Of a stretch of DNA of 64,000 nucleotides, positions 22,201-32,600 are shown in pieces (position 1 is the first letter of the stretch; each line of letters opens with the position of its first letter). Source of the stretch: a virus. A program made the position numbers and the translations under genes. The stretch lies in IMG/VR virus record IMGVR_UViG_3300030109_006161, positions 1-64,000 of that record; one strand, given 5' to 3'. The notes under the pieces were generated by a model that was not told the DNA's origin, made no database searches, and saw nothing but the letters and a program-made list of their open reading frames with translations.

Positions 22201-22929
22201 GCCAGTGGGAACTAAAACATTATCGAAACCAGATGTCCCAGACATCATAGTAACCCTAAACTGAGTCTCAGATCCTGAAACTAATTCTATTCTAAAGCGA
22301 CCATAGTCATCTTCTGTTGAGTCAGTCTGTCCGTTTGTAAGGTCAAATATTACTTGGTTCGGAGACTCTGACCCTGAGTCTATCAGTTGATTTTTTTGGA
22401 GAAAAAACTCGACAGAGGAACCGCTGGGACCGCCAAATTCTAGATTAGATGTTCTATATTTAACCTCATTGAATTTAGTGCTCTTGTGTGGTCCACCTTT
22501 GACCTCTATATATTGTCCTAGAGATGAGGAGTAATACCCTGCTGAGTTGGAGGTAATTGTGCCGTAGGTTGCACCGTTAGTTATAAACCCAGTTGATCTT
22601 GGATAAATTACATCTAAAGTGTATTTTTCTAATGGATTTACATCATTATAAAAGTTAGTTTTTTCCAAAGAAGAGCCATCATAAGGATAATAACTCATGA
22701 TATATTGAAATGCATTCTTGTAATACTCATACGCTGAACCAAAGCGGACAAAGTTTTCTGGCTTTGAATAATCTACAGGAGGAAGAAAATAATCTTTCTT
22801 TTTCTGTAGGGCTTTGAGGTGCTCGTTAGACTCTATTCCACTGCCCAGCGTTTCGGCTGAGCTAGGTGATAAGTACTTGCTAACTAATGTACCTTCTCGA
22901 TTGCTCTGGTATAGCTTTTTTAAACTCAT
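19204..22929 (-). CDS. baseplate-associated protein with LamG/concanavalin-like domain and Pro/Gly/Gln-rich tail
   Basis: 1241 aa. LamG-like signatures DGTWRNFGFVF..DFYVNG and SLDEFRFWKTNRT..YYKFNEG. Low-complexity C-terminus. Confidence 0.6.
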   Translation of the reverse strand: MSLKKLYQSNREGTLVSKYLSPSSAETLGSGIESNEHLKALQKKKDYFLPPVDYSKPENFVRFGSAYEYYKNAFQYIMSYYPYDGSSLEKTNFYNDVNPLEKYTLDVIYPRSTGFITNGATYGTITSNSAGYYSSSLGQYIEVKGGPHKSTKFNEVKYRTSNLEFGGPSGSSVEFFLQKNQLIDSGSESPNQVIFDLTNGQTDSTEDDYGRFRIELVSGSETQFRVTMMSGTSGFDNVLVPTGSGNITISDGTWRNFGFVFDTSQSTPLLDFYVNGKCIDTGIAANGAISQVTGTMIANIGALRQNPTGSLPATYLGAGKLSASLDEFRFWKTNRTAEQIGRYWLHNVEGGSDKYDANVSLGVYYKFNEGLTETTSVDQIVLDYSGRLSNGLYVGYDASYSRNTGSAIDQQNIVSVIERGDPIVRSTNPSYTSLKASYELSGNYYDNNNNSRLLNHLPNWVIETEENNGNEIVNITQILSSYFDTIYNQVTSLRELKYNKYVSGTLTNSIDEFPYNDRLVENMGIDAPELFENIGVLGQFLERDEKINFDQHLPDIKNSIYKNIYNNLNYILKSKGNEKAVRNFIRCIGVGEDVIALNNYANNADYEISSSYLSSVSTKKYIDFTSLLSTTDADATVYQYYDANDAASSGLISSSLDLDQFAFTLQGEFIFPNKEAYVSTGAELPRVVSSSLFGFHSPYILDNTSTDLTWANAIDDYGLQVFAVRSPGDFAEITSPGYRVKDAFFVVKNRAGDTLLTSSIYRNVYENKKWNLSLTLKPTKYPFADSVFGTSVGTNNYELGLYGVNYDTGMKKHSFSSTTTLTYSSGSSILSKAKRIYAGAHRTNFTGTVANQTDVRATSVRYWTDYLPITVLDLQAKEADTHGVLNPSRNPYLFQTGTISSYTPSIQTLALNWEFTNITSSDGSGRFLVTDASSGSFSDEYIGSYQGTVFSNINLRKHSARGDFFGAYSEPARKEFIHTDKLLPPEYISSTEMIKILNNDDEVFGTYKKPASSFYAVEKSMYRSISNRMLHLFASIDEFNNLIGEPVNKYRLEYKKMQKLREIFFRKVQNERPDLQKYLDYYKWLDSAIGNMIQQLFPVSARYAPFVRNVIESHTLERNKIQHKAPLIKYANPWGAGNAGPISNLGGGYEPMGVPGDPNHPVSFPPQQPLRPNGQPSEINDIGGNDVPPEQPQEPPPPHEDRSQKAPGPQVQGQLQGQPNPGLGGGLGPQGGPRPPGGGYG

Positions 22930-24443
22930 ACATCTTCTTCTTGTATCTTAAATTTGAATACTTCATCTTGCTCTCTATATCCACCTTGTAAATAGTAAGC
23001 AAATTGAATTCCATAAGAGTATCCAGGCTCTAAAAACGATGTATCTAGTTCAAAATAGTTACCGCTCACATCATAAGAAAGTCTTGTATAGTTGTTAGCT
23101 ACCGTACCTGTTCCAAAAGGAACAATCTCAAGGCTATCTATTGTTCTAAAAACCCTATAGTATGCGTCCTCTACAATCGTTGGTTCGATTTCCTTGGTAG
23201 CAACTGTATATATATTCGGACTCCAGTCCTTGTTTCGGATAAACACTCTTAAATTAGGTTTTTGACCTTTTGTATAAGATGGACTCAAGTTAGTAATATT
23301 TGTAACGTACTCTGTGTCGTATAACAAATCTGATGTATCGACAGGAATTGGTTCATAAGATCCAGTGTAAAAATCAATTCTGTCAGCACCAGAGCCTGTG
23401 TGCCAGACATCAAACACAGTATCCAAGCTACTAGTAGAGGCAAAAGACGCTGTATAAATACCAGTAGCAGTTGTTCCATTCTCTAATAATAGACCTGCGG
23501 TAAGCGCTGTCACAGTAGCACCGTCAGAATCTACCACTACCAGTGGTGATCCATCAGGTGTTGTACTGCCAGAATATAATTCAACAGACAATAAATTATT
23601 TGCTAGATTAGGAATATTAGTCAACTGACCTCTTATAACGTTATATAAAAATAATGTATTTAGATTATCTGCGCTGGTTGCTAAGCTGCTACTGATGTAA
23701 AAATTGCCCCTGTTATCTTTACGAGTAGTATCCCAACGAGCCTCTAAGGTTGGACGGTAAAAATAATATTCACTGGTTCTAGAGAAAAACTTTTTCGTAT
23801 AAAGTGTTTCAGATGCAGACAAGGCAGAGTCTGGAAATTTTACCAAGAATCCGTAGTTTTCTATCTGATTAGCTTCATTCAACCACTTATATATTTGTTC
23901 TGAAACATCAACCGATAAATTTTCAAGCCCCGTTTCAAAAACCACACTAGCAGAAGTGTTTAGTCCCGATATAAACGAAGATCCTGTAACACCCCAATCT
24001 GCGGCTGATGTTCTTTTTTCCCAGTTGCTAAAACCTGCGTCTGTATAATTGTCCATATCCAGACCTCGACCCTCGGACCAACTTTGCGAAATCATCATCA
24101 AGTCAAGAGTAAAATCTTCTGGCAAAGTATTGCCATGTGGTGCATTGTATAAGTTTAAATTAAATTTTATACTTGCTGAATCGGCTGGCAGCACGCCAGA
24201 TGAAATATCAGACTGTATGCTACTAATAGGGAACTGAATTATAAATCTGCTTTGTTCCGCATTTTGTGCGTTAGTTAGCGACGGAGTTGTCGAAAGCGAT
24301 GCCGAGGTTTGTCCGTGAATAACAAAAGTCTCTAATACATCAGCAGCACCCATATTAGAACCAGTGGCTCTAGTTATAAGGTCTGACTCAAAAGCGTTTG
24401 TTATCGTATTGTCTAATGTAGCAAAATATTTCTTAATACCCAT
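22926..24443 (-). CDS. virion structural protein (beta-sandwich, DNRLRE/CBM-like N-terminal domain)
   Basis: 505 aa. SQSWSEG..W..VDVS..W..NYGFLVK..FFSR..RPTLEARW pattern. Directly follows the gp6-like gene. Confidence 0.5.
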   Translation of the reverse strand: MGIKKYFATLDNTITNAFESDLITRATGSNMGAADVLETFVIHGQTSASLSTTPSLTNAQNAEQSRFIIQFPISSIQSDISSGVLPADSASIKFNLNLYNAPHGNTLPEDFTLDLMMISQSWSEGRGLDMDNYTDAGFSNWEKRTSAADWGVTGSSFISGLNTSASVVFETGLENLSVDVSEQIYKWLNEANQIENYGFLVKFPDSALSASETLYTKKFFSRTSEYYFYRPTLEARWDTTRKDNRGNFYISSSLATSADNLNTLFLYNVIRGQLTNIPNLANNLLSVELYSGSTTPDGSPLVVVDSDGATVTALTAGLLLENGTTATGIYTASFASTSSLDTVFDVWHTGSGADRIDFYTGSYEPIPVDTSDLLYDTEYVTNITNLSPSYTKGQKPNLRVFIRNKDWSPNIYTVATKEIEPTIVEDAYYRVFRTIDSLEIVPFGTGTVANNYTRLSYDVSGNYFELDTSFLEPGYSYGIQFAYYLQGGYREQDEVFKFKIQEEDV

Positions 24444-24444
24444 T

Positions 24445-26241
24445 TTACTTTACAACTCCTACAATGTCTGTGCTAGGAAATAAAATTTCAGCAGCAGAAT
24501 CTTGCGGTATATTTAGATACCTACCATCAAATGACATATTAGCATCCACATCATAAACATAATTACTATAAGCGCCGCCAAATACATTATAAAGTTCCAC
24601 CTTTACCGTGTCAGTAACACCAGGAACATCATTCAGTAGCTTAAGTATTTCAGAAATAAAAATAGATTCTCCCAAAGAGAATTTTATATCAAGAAACTTA
24701 TCTAAAAGTTTCTGATTACATTTATCTAAAAGGTCAAACCGGTTTGCATCCAAATCTGCTATTATCTCATATCTGATACCTAAGTTGATTATTTTGCCAT
24801 CCAAAATATCAATGGTGTCATTTATCATCTTATACCTGTCTAGCCAAGTTTTTAAGTTTTGTTTGAGAGTAGTGTTAGCTTGAGATAGGTTACCATCAGA
24901 ATCCTCTGTCAACACATACATGTTTAGATTTCTTTTTAGTGAATTCTCGTCACGAATAACGTTTGCTCTTTTTATCTTTCCAAATTTAGGGTTCATACGA
25001 TAAGCTACGTTAATATAATCTTCTCTTGTTACGGCACGACCTTGTGATGCATATGACCCTAAAGCCCGAATACGAACCTCATCTGCGCTAATAGGTGCAA
25101 GATCTCCAAGAATTGGAGATTCGTTGTCCACTTCTATAGAAGTAATCATGGTAGATATTATATTCTCTGAGAGTGCTGCTCTATTTTTAAAAAGCAATCG
25201 TGGACTTATTATAGTAGCAATAGACCCAACTGAAGCGTTGGCAGTCTGTGTGGTATTAGCTGTGTAATCAATAGTCAAAGTAGTATTGGTAGGAACTACA
25301 CCAAATTTGTCTGTCTTAATAAGATTGGTTGGGTCAAAAGTTTCTGCCGTAACATAAGGCTTACTCGTTACATTTAAAACTACATCTGCTGGATCCGCTA
25401 TAAGATCCCCTGTAATATTCTCTGAGGAGCCATACCCAAATTGAACATGGGTATTGTTCTCTCTGTCGTGTTCTACCACATACCTTCTTGGCACTGGTTT
25501 AATTTGCATGGTATAAGGAACAGCTACACGAGTATCATCATCAGTATTTTTCACTTGTGAAATAACAACGTCTTGCGATAAATTTTCTACTTCGTAATAC
25601 ACATGCCCTTGAGTATCTTTGATAGAGATGATTTCTGTAACATTACTTCTATTAAGTGTAAGTTTCAAAAATCTTTGATAGTCTCCAACCTCAATCTGTT
25701 CTTGATACTGTTGTCCCGACACTACCTCACCCATGGCTTTAACTGCAAAAAATGTTGGGTTACCAGTTGTGGAGTCAGTTCGAGCCACTGTTATTTCATT
25801 ACTTGGATCTGAAAAATCAACATCATTGACGAGAGTATAAACAGAACTATTATTTCCAGCAAAGTTTGAACCAGCTTCTAAAATAGGGAAATAATTAAGA
25901 TCCGGTGCTCTGGAGTTGGCAGCAACAGGAACTAACATGAAAAGAGATATCTTTCCTGTAGATTTTCCAGAGCCCTGATGCTTGTACCCTAATGTCTCTG
26001 CCAAACGAACAACGTTATCAAACCTGATCGCACTATCTAAGAAGCTTTCATTTGCTTGAAAATCAGCATAAAAAGATAGTTGATCTCCAACGTATGCTAC
26101 AAGATCTAACATCAAAGATCCAAATGACGCCTCGCTAAAATCCTTGAAAGAGTTTGGATAATAACGTTTAGCATAATTTTCTAAGTCATTCTTGATTGAC
26201 TCAAAATCTCTGCTAGTATAATTTATCGGTCGTTTTGCCAT
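24445..26241 (-). CDS. baseplate wedge subunit, T4 gp6-like / baseplate J family
   Basis: DFESIKNDL..DFSEASFGSLMLDLVAY..LSFY..ANESFLDSA..LGY, internal VQFG, and QGRAVTREDY motifs. Confidence 0.85.
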   Translation of the reverse strand: MAKRPINYTSRDFESIKNDLENYAKRYYPNSFKDFSEASFGSLMLDLVAYVGDQLSFYADFQANESFLDSAIRFDNVVRLAETLGYKHQGSGKSTGKISLFMLVPVAANSRAPDLNYFPILEAGSNFAGNNSSVYTLVNDVDFSDPSNEITVARTDSTTGNPTFFAVKAMGEVVSGQQYQEQIEVGDYQRFLKLTLNRSNVTEIISIKDTQGHVYYEVENLSQDVVISQVKNTDDDTRVAVPYTMQIKPVPRRYVVEHDRENNTHVQFGYGSSENITGDLIADPADVVLNVTSKPYVTAETFDPTNLIKTDKFGVVPTNTTLTIDYTANTTQTANASVGSIATIISPRLLFKNRAALSENIISTMITSIEVDNESPILGDLAPISADEVRIRALGSYASQGRAVTREDYINVAYRMNPKFGKIKRANVIRDENSLKRNLNMYVLTEDSDGNLSQANTTLKQNLKTWLDRYKMINDTIDILDGKIINLGIRYEIIADLDANRFDLLDKCNQKLLDKFLDIKFSLGESIFISEILKLLNDVPGVTDTVKVELYNVFGGAYSNYVYDVDANMSFDGRYLNIPQDSAAEILFPSTDIVGVVK

Positions 26242-26259
26242 TCTGTTTTTTTCCTTGCT

Positions 26260-26664
26260 TTAACTAGTCGTCGTCGAGTTTATTATTAGATGATCTTGAG
26301 CGTTCAGAGGTAATACATTATATGATATTTCAATCCTAACTTCGTTAAAACCAAGAGAAGGGTCTTCGTCGCTAGTAATAAAATCTACCCCTGTTAGATT
26401 AATTGATGGTATATAAAGATCAATTTGTTCTCTCATTTTCTCCACTATCTTACTAAAAGTGGTACTATCAATTGCTTCGAATAAAAAGTTGTGTAATCCA
26501 ACACCAAAATCAGGAAGCATTATTCTTTCTCCAGGAGAAGTTAAAACAAGCATTCTAAAATTTTGACGGATAGTATCTAATAAATTACTATTAAGTTCAT
26601 AAGGCCCATAGGTATCACTATAGGTTAATGGGATTTTTGGTGATATTCCTTCTAGCTTACTCAT
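26260..26664 (-). CDS. baseplate wedge/sheath initiator, T4 gp25 / gpW family
   Basis: IRQNFRMLVLTSPGERIMLPDFGVGL..LFE signature, 134 aa, adjacent to the gp6-like gene. Confidence 0.88.
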   Translation of the reverse strand: MSKLEGISPKIPLTYSDTYGPYELNSNLLDTIRQNFRMLVLTSPGERIMLPDFGVGLHNFLFEAIDSTTFSKIVEKMREQIDLYIPSINLTGVDFITSDEDPSLGFNEVRIEISYNVLPLNAQDHLIINSTTTS

Positions 26665-29600
26665 TACTTCTAATTAGTCTCAACAGTTCAATACTTTCTG
26701 TTCTAATATCAGCCACAGATCTTACTATGGTACTGTAACGTTCTGGGGCTCCTGTTCGAAAAAAGTCTCTTGTTATTAATTTTCCAGTTTTTTGTCTAAA
26801 GAAATCAGTTCTAGGATCTCTAATTCCAACATTTCCACCGGCAGCTTGCTGGTACTGATCACTGATAGGTAAGTTATTCCTGTAGTATAAATAACGATTG
26901 GGATCTTCTCTATCATCACTTAGCCCTACTAAATATAGACCATAATTTCCTAGGAAATAGTTTCCAAACACATTATAAATTCTAGAGACCTGTTCAAAAT
27001 AAATATCTGGACTATTTTCAGTTGGCGTAAATCTTAACAAATCCTCAGATGATTCAATAACCCCCGGCATTCCTTGCCCTATTTTATACACAGCATCAGC
27101 TATAGTGTGAGTTACTGCGTAATGACCAAAGCGGTAAATGTTATTGGTTGTGCCGTATATAATATCATCATTTAATGAATTAGGTCCCCGAACTCTATTA
27201 GGATCATTTATTGCTGCTTGGGCTCGATCATATTCGTCTTGTGACAAGAATTGTCCTTCACCTGCTCGTCTATTAGCAGGATCAAATAACCTAAGCAAAG
27301 AAGGAGCTACAAAGGCGAAATCATCTAAAGCAATTCGCTGAATCGCCTCTGCTGTGCCTGGGTCAGGTGTTATTACTTGTCCTTGAACTGTTCTTCCTGT
27401 CAGATTTTTAACAGCAAATGTATCAGGAAATGTCTCTAACAATTCATTTCCCCTAAGACTTAGAAAGTCGTTTATTGAAATTAGTCCGAGATCGGTCAAA
27501 CCGTCGTCGTCCGACAACAATGTGTCTAAATATTGCTCTCTTGCTTTTACTTGATCTATATTGTAATAAGTAATGTCTCTATCCCCTGAATATGCTGGGA
27601 CTGTTACTGGGAATCCTGTATAAAGTGATGAAAATTTAGAAACTAATTGTCCCTTTACGGCTGTAAGTAAATTATCATCAGACCCTGCAATCTCAAGCTC
27701 GAACCTAAAGTAAGTATCGCTATATCTTTCAGCAAATTTTATACCTGTATCATACCATATCAGATACGATGCAATTTGAAAAGATATTGGAAAATAATAA
27801 GTACCTATTTTTAGTCCTAGTTCTGTAACATCATCAATTTCATCGTCGTCATTAAGTGTATAACAACTACTCAAAATTGTTCGAACTGAATTTCTCTGTG
27901 GCTGTGGAACGCCAAAATGATCTTGGGACCTTCCGGGACCGGCTCCTGGGTCTAAGGCTGCATCCATTGACCTATAGAATTTAGCCAACATTCGCTTGTA
28001 ACGATTAAAGTTTTCGTTTCCATCTACAAAAATAGATCTGTTAACATGACGGCTAGCAAATTTACTTAAGTTTTTCATCATACCATGAAGAACTGATTGT
28101 ACGATACTAAACATATTTTGTTCTGGAGTGTTGTCATCTGTTATGAGTGGGTTATTTTTAAACTTTTCTTCATAATTTTCGTCGCCTGGGTTAAGTCGGG
28201 GATACACCTCCTGAACCACAGGAATTGAACTATAAAAAGCACCGAGAATTTCCCTACTCTCAAGTTCAGCCTTAATCTTTCTAGTAAAATAATCAGTCAA
28301 CATCATCATTGTCCCCGTAGATCCCCATGACGGGTAGACAGTTACAAGAGGCATCATATTTACTAAAGATCTTTGCAGTCTAGTCTGTATTACTTGAATA
28401 GCTGACTGAGCCTTAAATAGCATTTCTGCTTCTATACACGGATCATCTGATTGTTCTAACGGTTCTCTATTTAGGGCTGTCACATATTGTGGCATCGTCC
28501 TTTTGGCTCTTGGGATGGAGACTTCCTTATTGATTGTATTATCAACACGCAATCGATAGTTATTCATAACAACACAGTCAATGTCTCTAGAACCTGACGA
28601 GGTTGGATCGTCGGCAATAGCAGCTACACTCGTTGGCATACCAATTGAATAATTGCCATAAGTATTTTGAAAATCAACTGTATGGTTGGAAGGCATTCTA
28701 AGTTGGCTATTATTTTGACGGTTTGTCATTATTAGGTCATAGTTTTCATCTATTTTTATATCATAGATACCATGAGAAATACCCTCAACATAAATTGCAT
28801 AATCTACATCATCTCGGTCTCCGTTTCTTCCAGGTTCAAAGTTTGTTGTTTCTTTTCTAATTGTCCCTTGAAAATTATATTCTGATTTTAATATACCTCT
28901 ATTTTGCTGCGGCAGCGTATAATGAATTTTAACTGATCCGTTTTGTCCTCCCTTAGGTCTCATTAGGTTATACCCAGTGTAAGAAGTATATGGGGCGAAA
29001 TTGGTATTGTCAAAAAAGTAATCAAAAACTTTTTCAGACACGTCTGAAAGGTAATCTCGCTCTTCTGCGGTTCGTGCGTTTTCACTGTTATCAATCTTGT
29101 TTTCTGGCAGGTCTCTTACAATATTATTAATCAAAGAAGTAGGTCCATGACGTAAAGTATAGTAAGAAACATCCCAAACATCATAATGAGGTTGAGTTAC
29201 TGTCCTATATTGAGGAAGTGGTAATCGACCTGGGCCATACGCAGCAGTTGTAAGAAAAGAATTAACATGAGATTGAACCTGACTAGCCCCAATCTCACCA
29301 AAGTTACTATCTGGTGTTCCTCCTTCTTCAGGATCTCCGCCAAATAATTCTACAACCCAATCAGGTACCTCAACACCTGCAACTCGAAGATTCTCCTGGT
29401 CTCTAATTCTTGTTTGTGCGTTACCAATAGAAACAGTGGATCCATAATTAGATGGTGTTATAAATATGGGTTCAGTACCTCCCTGGTCTATGAGGACTTG
29501 ACTGACTGGTAATTTTCTTAGGGAGGTAAAAATTTGAAAAAATAATTCAACACCCATCCTTGTGTGGTACATGTTATATTCGAAAGGAGACTCAGGTGCG

Positions 29601-32600
29601 GGGTCTTTGCCAAATAAATCGTCAAAAATACTCGCCAGCCAGCCAGCCAAAAGATTACTTAGATTTGCTATTTCTTTTAGGAAATCATCATACCATGTCA
29701 TCAATGGCAACGATGCAATAAGAGCTTCAAGTTCGGCTCTAATCCTTACTGCATCACGCAACCAATCACATAGATTGTTTATTTTTCTTATTTTATCATC
29801 AACTATAGCGGCATATTGAGCTTCAGCATCTTGAATATCAATTTGCAAAGTTAAGGGGTTTATAAACGAATCCCTATCTGCACAGTAAGCTTCTAAAGGA
29901 GATATACCACCTTCAGTGCCAACACCATCAGATTGGGCTCCTATCTCTAAGAAAAAATCAGCAATTTTTTGTTCGGTTAGTTCAAACTTATCATATGCGG
30001 TTGGAAATATGACAACTTCTTCTGGGGTAGAATCAGCAAACTGAGAGTAAGTTCTCATGTATTTGAATGACTTTAATGTCTGAGGGTTTCCTAAATTCTC
30101 GTACAAGTGCTCTAATATTTCATTTGGCAACTCACCATCCAGCAAGCGCTGCGCTTCTATTGGCGTTACCATATTTGAAACATCTCTTATGAAGGATCTT
30201 AATTGAGATATTGTTGGTGGCTCTTTTGTAACTTCTTCTATACCACCGACAACCTCTCTTTTGAAATTATATATTCCTACTTTCTCAGCAGCCGCAACTA
30301 AATCTACTTGGTCAACATAGTCACGGATATCAGCTAATCCATAATCATAATGACGAACAGGGTCTGTCAGTTGGTCTGCTTCTGGAGCACATCCTAAAAC
30401 TGCATTCAAAACATCCTTCGCTATACCAGCAACTATAGACTTAAGAAAATTTAATATTATTGTTTCAATAGCTTTTTGGTATATTGATGATTGTTTTGTT
30501 TTTAGCCCAAGCATTCCTGATTTTTTTAACTCAATCTTGACCGGCTTGTCAAGCGTAGTTCGAACTAAATCTTTTGTTACAGGGGGAGCGCCGATCGGAT
30601 CTAAAAATTGATCTTCAATAAGATCACCAAGAACATCTAACGAACAAAATATTTGTTGATTTATTTCTCTTTCGATATCTTGCCTAATTCTGTCTGGGTT
30701 TTCTGAATAAGCTTGTGCGTTAGCTAGAAACCTTTGTTGTTCTGCTGACATAATAGCCTCTTCACGAAGAACTATAATAGCTTGACGAATCATAGACCTT
30801 ACTCTGGTTTTACTATTGAAAGCCTGCCAAAAAGCCAAGGCATACTTAGCAGCTTTAGCTTGACCTGTGTCACAATCTATATTAGAAAGAGTAGAAGCAA
30901 TTTTATATCTTAAGGGTCGCTGAGAAAACAACCTTTCATATAAAACAGCATTCTCTGGTGTTGACAACTGTGTTAGTTTTTGAAATACGTTTTTCCTTCT
31001 TAGGTCTATAAGATTTTTTCTTTCTTCCTGAACTGCACGTTCAACTTCTATGGCATCAACATCTACTTTAGGGTAAGCATATTGAGATAAGAAACTTAAG
31101 ACATCCTGTTTGTTTGATTGAGATTTTACAGTCGCTGACTCGTATATCTCCGTAGAGAATCTTATAAACGAATAACTGGTTGCAGTCAATAAACTAAAAG
31201 CATCCAAAACTCGCACAATCTCTTCGTTGGAGTTTATATAAGCCCTATTACCACACCCATGAGAATAAAAACTTCCGTTTATGCAAATGTGATCTAAAGT
31301 ATAATCATCGCTAAAAAACATTTCAATTCTGTCTTCATCTTGAACTGATATTTGATTATAGTTATAGAACAAAGCTAATAGATCAAAAAATGAATTTAGG
31401 CGGTCTACCTCTTTCTCTAAGTTGATGTTAGAGATAAGTTCGGGGGTAATGTTACTATCAAATAAATCAGCATCATACTCACGCAACATCAAACGAACAT
31501 AAGTCAAGTTTCGCAGCAACTCTTCAACCGTAAAGCTAGCACTAAAGGTGCTTTTGTTTCTAGGTACAGTTGGAGCAAGACTTGGATCACCAATAATTCT
31601 TCGTGCTTTTTGTAATGGCCTTAATTCATATTCTTGATAAGATGGTTGATTATATTCACTTGATTCATCTACAGATAACGACGTTATTCTAAATGCTGGA
31701 ATTTTTATTGCATAAGTCCACCTTGAGCCTGGGCGAGCATCCTTATATGTCATTAGAGGAAATTGGCGAGGAGGCAAACCTATTGAGTTAGATACTGCGC
31801 TTAGATTTTCTTGAGAATATCTTCCGGTGATTTTCAAAATTTCTTTAATGGCTCGGTTTATTATTCTACTATAATTGTTCTTAACTTGGTCTGAAGATTC
31901 AATCCAAATATTATCAATATCTTCTTGTGTTATAGGAGCATCCTCAAAAAGCCTAATATACCTGTCTTCGTCTGATTGTAACTCAAATTCTCTTTTCATT
32001 TTGCGCATTGCGCTCAGTGTACCTATAAGATCATTCGACAATATATTAGTTCGGGCAACAAAATAATAATTATTGTCAGCAGAATTATAGTAAACACGGA
32101 CTGGTTCTGTGCCAGGTTCGCAGTTTTTACGCCAATCATAAAGATCTACATTTGTATCAGAACCAACATAAGTACTAATATCAGGCGGAAGTTCTAATAG
32201 GTCCAAACCTACATCTTCGCTATATTGAGTCTCTGGTAACCCTAAAGATCTTCTCAGTTTGTTTTTGTAAACACGAGAGTGATTCTCTGGTATTGCTATT
32301 AGTTTAGCCAAATCTTGTTCGAGTTCGTATTCTCGTAAATAAAACTCAGGACTTGTCTCAGAGCTATATTTTTCATAGACTCCATTCTCTCTCAACAAGT
32401 TTGCTAAGTTTCTTAGTTCTTGTATGGACTCAGTAACACTAATTGGTTGGGGTTGGGATATTCCATTGACAACAGTAATTTTTCCGTTCTGTGGATACAG
32501 AGCAAAGTATGCTCTCAAGTCTTCCACAGAGACTGAAACATTTTCTAATCCTGAAACCTCTGTGCCAACTCCAGGAAACTTATAAAAATAAAGATAACTT

